Source of the DNA: Frigoribacterium sp. PvP032
GTDB lineage: Bacteria > Actinomycetota > Actinomycetes > Actinomycetales > Microbacteriaceae
Direction of reading: 5' to 3'
Assembly (NCBI RefSeq): GCF_017833035.1
Contig: NZ_JAFIBM010000001.1
Location: forward strand, 2,291,762 to 2,315,761
DNA: 24,000 nt
Part shown: in pieces, positions 23,461 to 24,000 of the stretch
Layout: every line of letters starts with the position of its first letter
How positions within the stretch are numbered: position 1 is the stretch's first letter
The notes under the pieces: model-generated
Told to the model about the DNA's origin: nothing
Database searches by the model: none
What the model saw: the letters and a program-made list of their open reading frames with translations, nothing else
Translations under genes and position numbers: made by a program

Positions 23461-24000
23461 GCGTTCTCCTTCTCTCGGGCGACTGCGGCACCGTCGGCAC
23501 CGCCACCGCCACCGCCGCCCCGCGCAGCACGCCGACGCGCACGGATCTTCGTGAACGCGGCTCCCGCGACGGCGATCACCAGCACCACGTACAGCGTCAC
23601 CGTGATCCCGCTCGACACGAGGATCGACGGGTCGCCCTCGCTGACGAGCAGCGCCCGGCGGAACTCCGTCTCGGCGAGCGGCCCGAGGATGATCGCGATC
23701 AACATCGGCGCGACGGGCAGCCCGTAGCGGCGCATCAGGAACCCGATCAGCCCGATCACGGTGACGAGCGCCAGGTCGAGGATCTTGCTGCTCGTCGCGT
23801 AGACGCCGAGCATCGCGAAGACCGTGATGCCCGCGTAGAGGTAGTGGCGCGGCACCTTGAGCAGCTTGGCCCAGAGCGGTGCGAACGGCAGGTTGAGGAT
23901 GAGCAGCACGACCATGCCGACGAAGAAGCTCGCGAGCAGGGCCCAGACGAGGTCGGGCGCGCGGTCGAACAGCAGCGGCCCCGGCTGCAGGCCGTACTGG
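23457..24000 (-). CDS. tctA: Tripartite tricarboxylate transporter permease TctA, C-terminal part (gene continues beyond the window)
   Basis: The frame is open from the window edge. The segment ...[61 protein letters not shown]...[13 protein letters not shown] matches the conserved C-terminal half of TctA-family large subunits. Confidence 0.85.
   Translation of the reverse strand, partial: QYGLQPGPLLFDRAPDLVWALLASFFVGMVVLLILNLPFAPLWAKLLKVPRHYLYAGITVFAMLGVYATSSKILDLALVTVIGLIGFLMRRYGLPVAPMLIAIILGPLAETEFRRALLVSEGDPSILVSSGITVTLYVVLVIAVAGAAFTKIRARRRAARGGGGGGGADGAAVAREKENA

Noticed and set aside
20387-23542. The 859-aa plus-strand ORF 20387-22966, and the N-terminal 450 codons of the 756-aa minus-strand ORF 21272-23542.
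   Set aside because: The plus-strand ORF starts inside jetC, crosses the repeat arrays and runs antisense to the metabolic genes. The minus-strand ORF is credible only from the GTG at 22183. Upstream of that it is an off-frame read-through of the CoA-transferase gene (22180-23460), which carries the family III signature in its own frame.
1-24000. rRNA, tRNA, transposase/IS or prophage genes.
   Set aside because: I saw no cloverleaf-like segment, no rRNA-like AT-richer conserved block and no DDE or serine/tyrosine recombinase motifs in any frame. This absence is by visual inspection only. tRNAscan-SE, Infernal and ISfinder would be needed to confirm it.

Overview
This is a very GC-rich window with strong third-position GC bias, which looks like an Actinomycetota chromosome. 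No searches were run, so every product call rests on motifs read by eye.

**1 to 6.6 kb (ordinary):** the tail of an SNF2 helicase gene, an acidic hypothetical, a PRISE-type SDR oxidoreductase, a tentative DUF1851/Tdi1-like hypothetical, a ThrE-family exporter and a DeaD-type DEAD-box RNA helicase.

**6.6 to 9.0 kb:** four small membrane proteins with no recognisable domain.

**9.0 to 21.1 kb (looks like an accessory/defence island):**
- an orphan vsr endonuclease
- a NERD-domain protein with a C-terminal membrane anchor
- a 1146-aa fusion of a RecB/Cas4-like nuclease, an RNase-H-like domain and an SF1 (Upf1/Dna2-like) helicase
- transcribed divergently from that fusion, a translationally coupled jetA-jetB-jetC (Wadjet/MksBEF-type SMC) operon with no jetD

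Two repeat families organise this island:
- A 62-bp hairpin element occurs in 3 direct copies that bracket vsr and the NERD gene.
- Four ~102-bp arrays each consist of six GGCGGGT/ACCCGCC heptamers at exact 20-bp phasing. Two arrays lie upstream of jetABC and two lie downstream in mirror orientation.

**21.3 to 24 kb (minus strand):** a GTGA-coupled metabolic operon of tctA (partial), a family III CoA-transferase and a citryl-CoA-lyase-like gene.

No rRNA, tRNA, CRISPR array, transposase or integrase was recognised.
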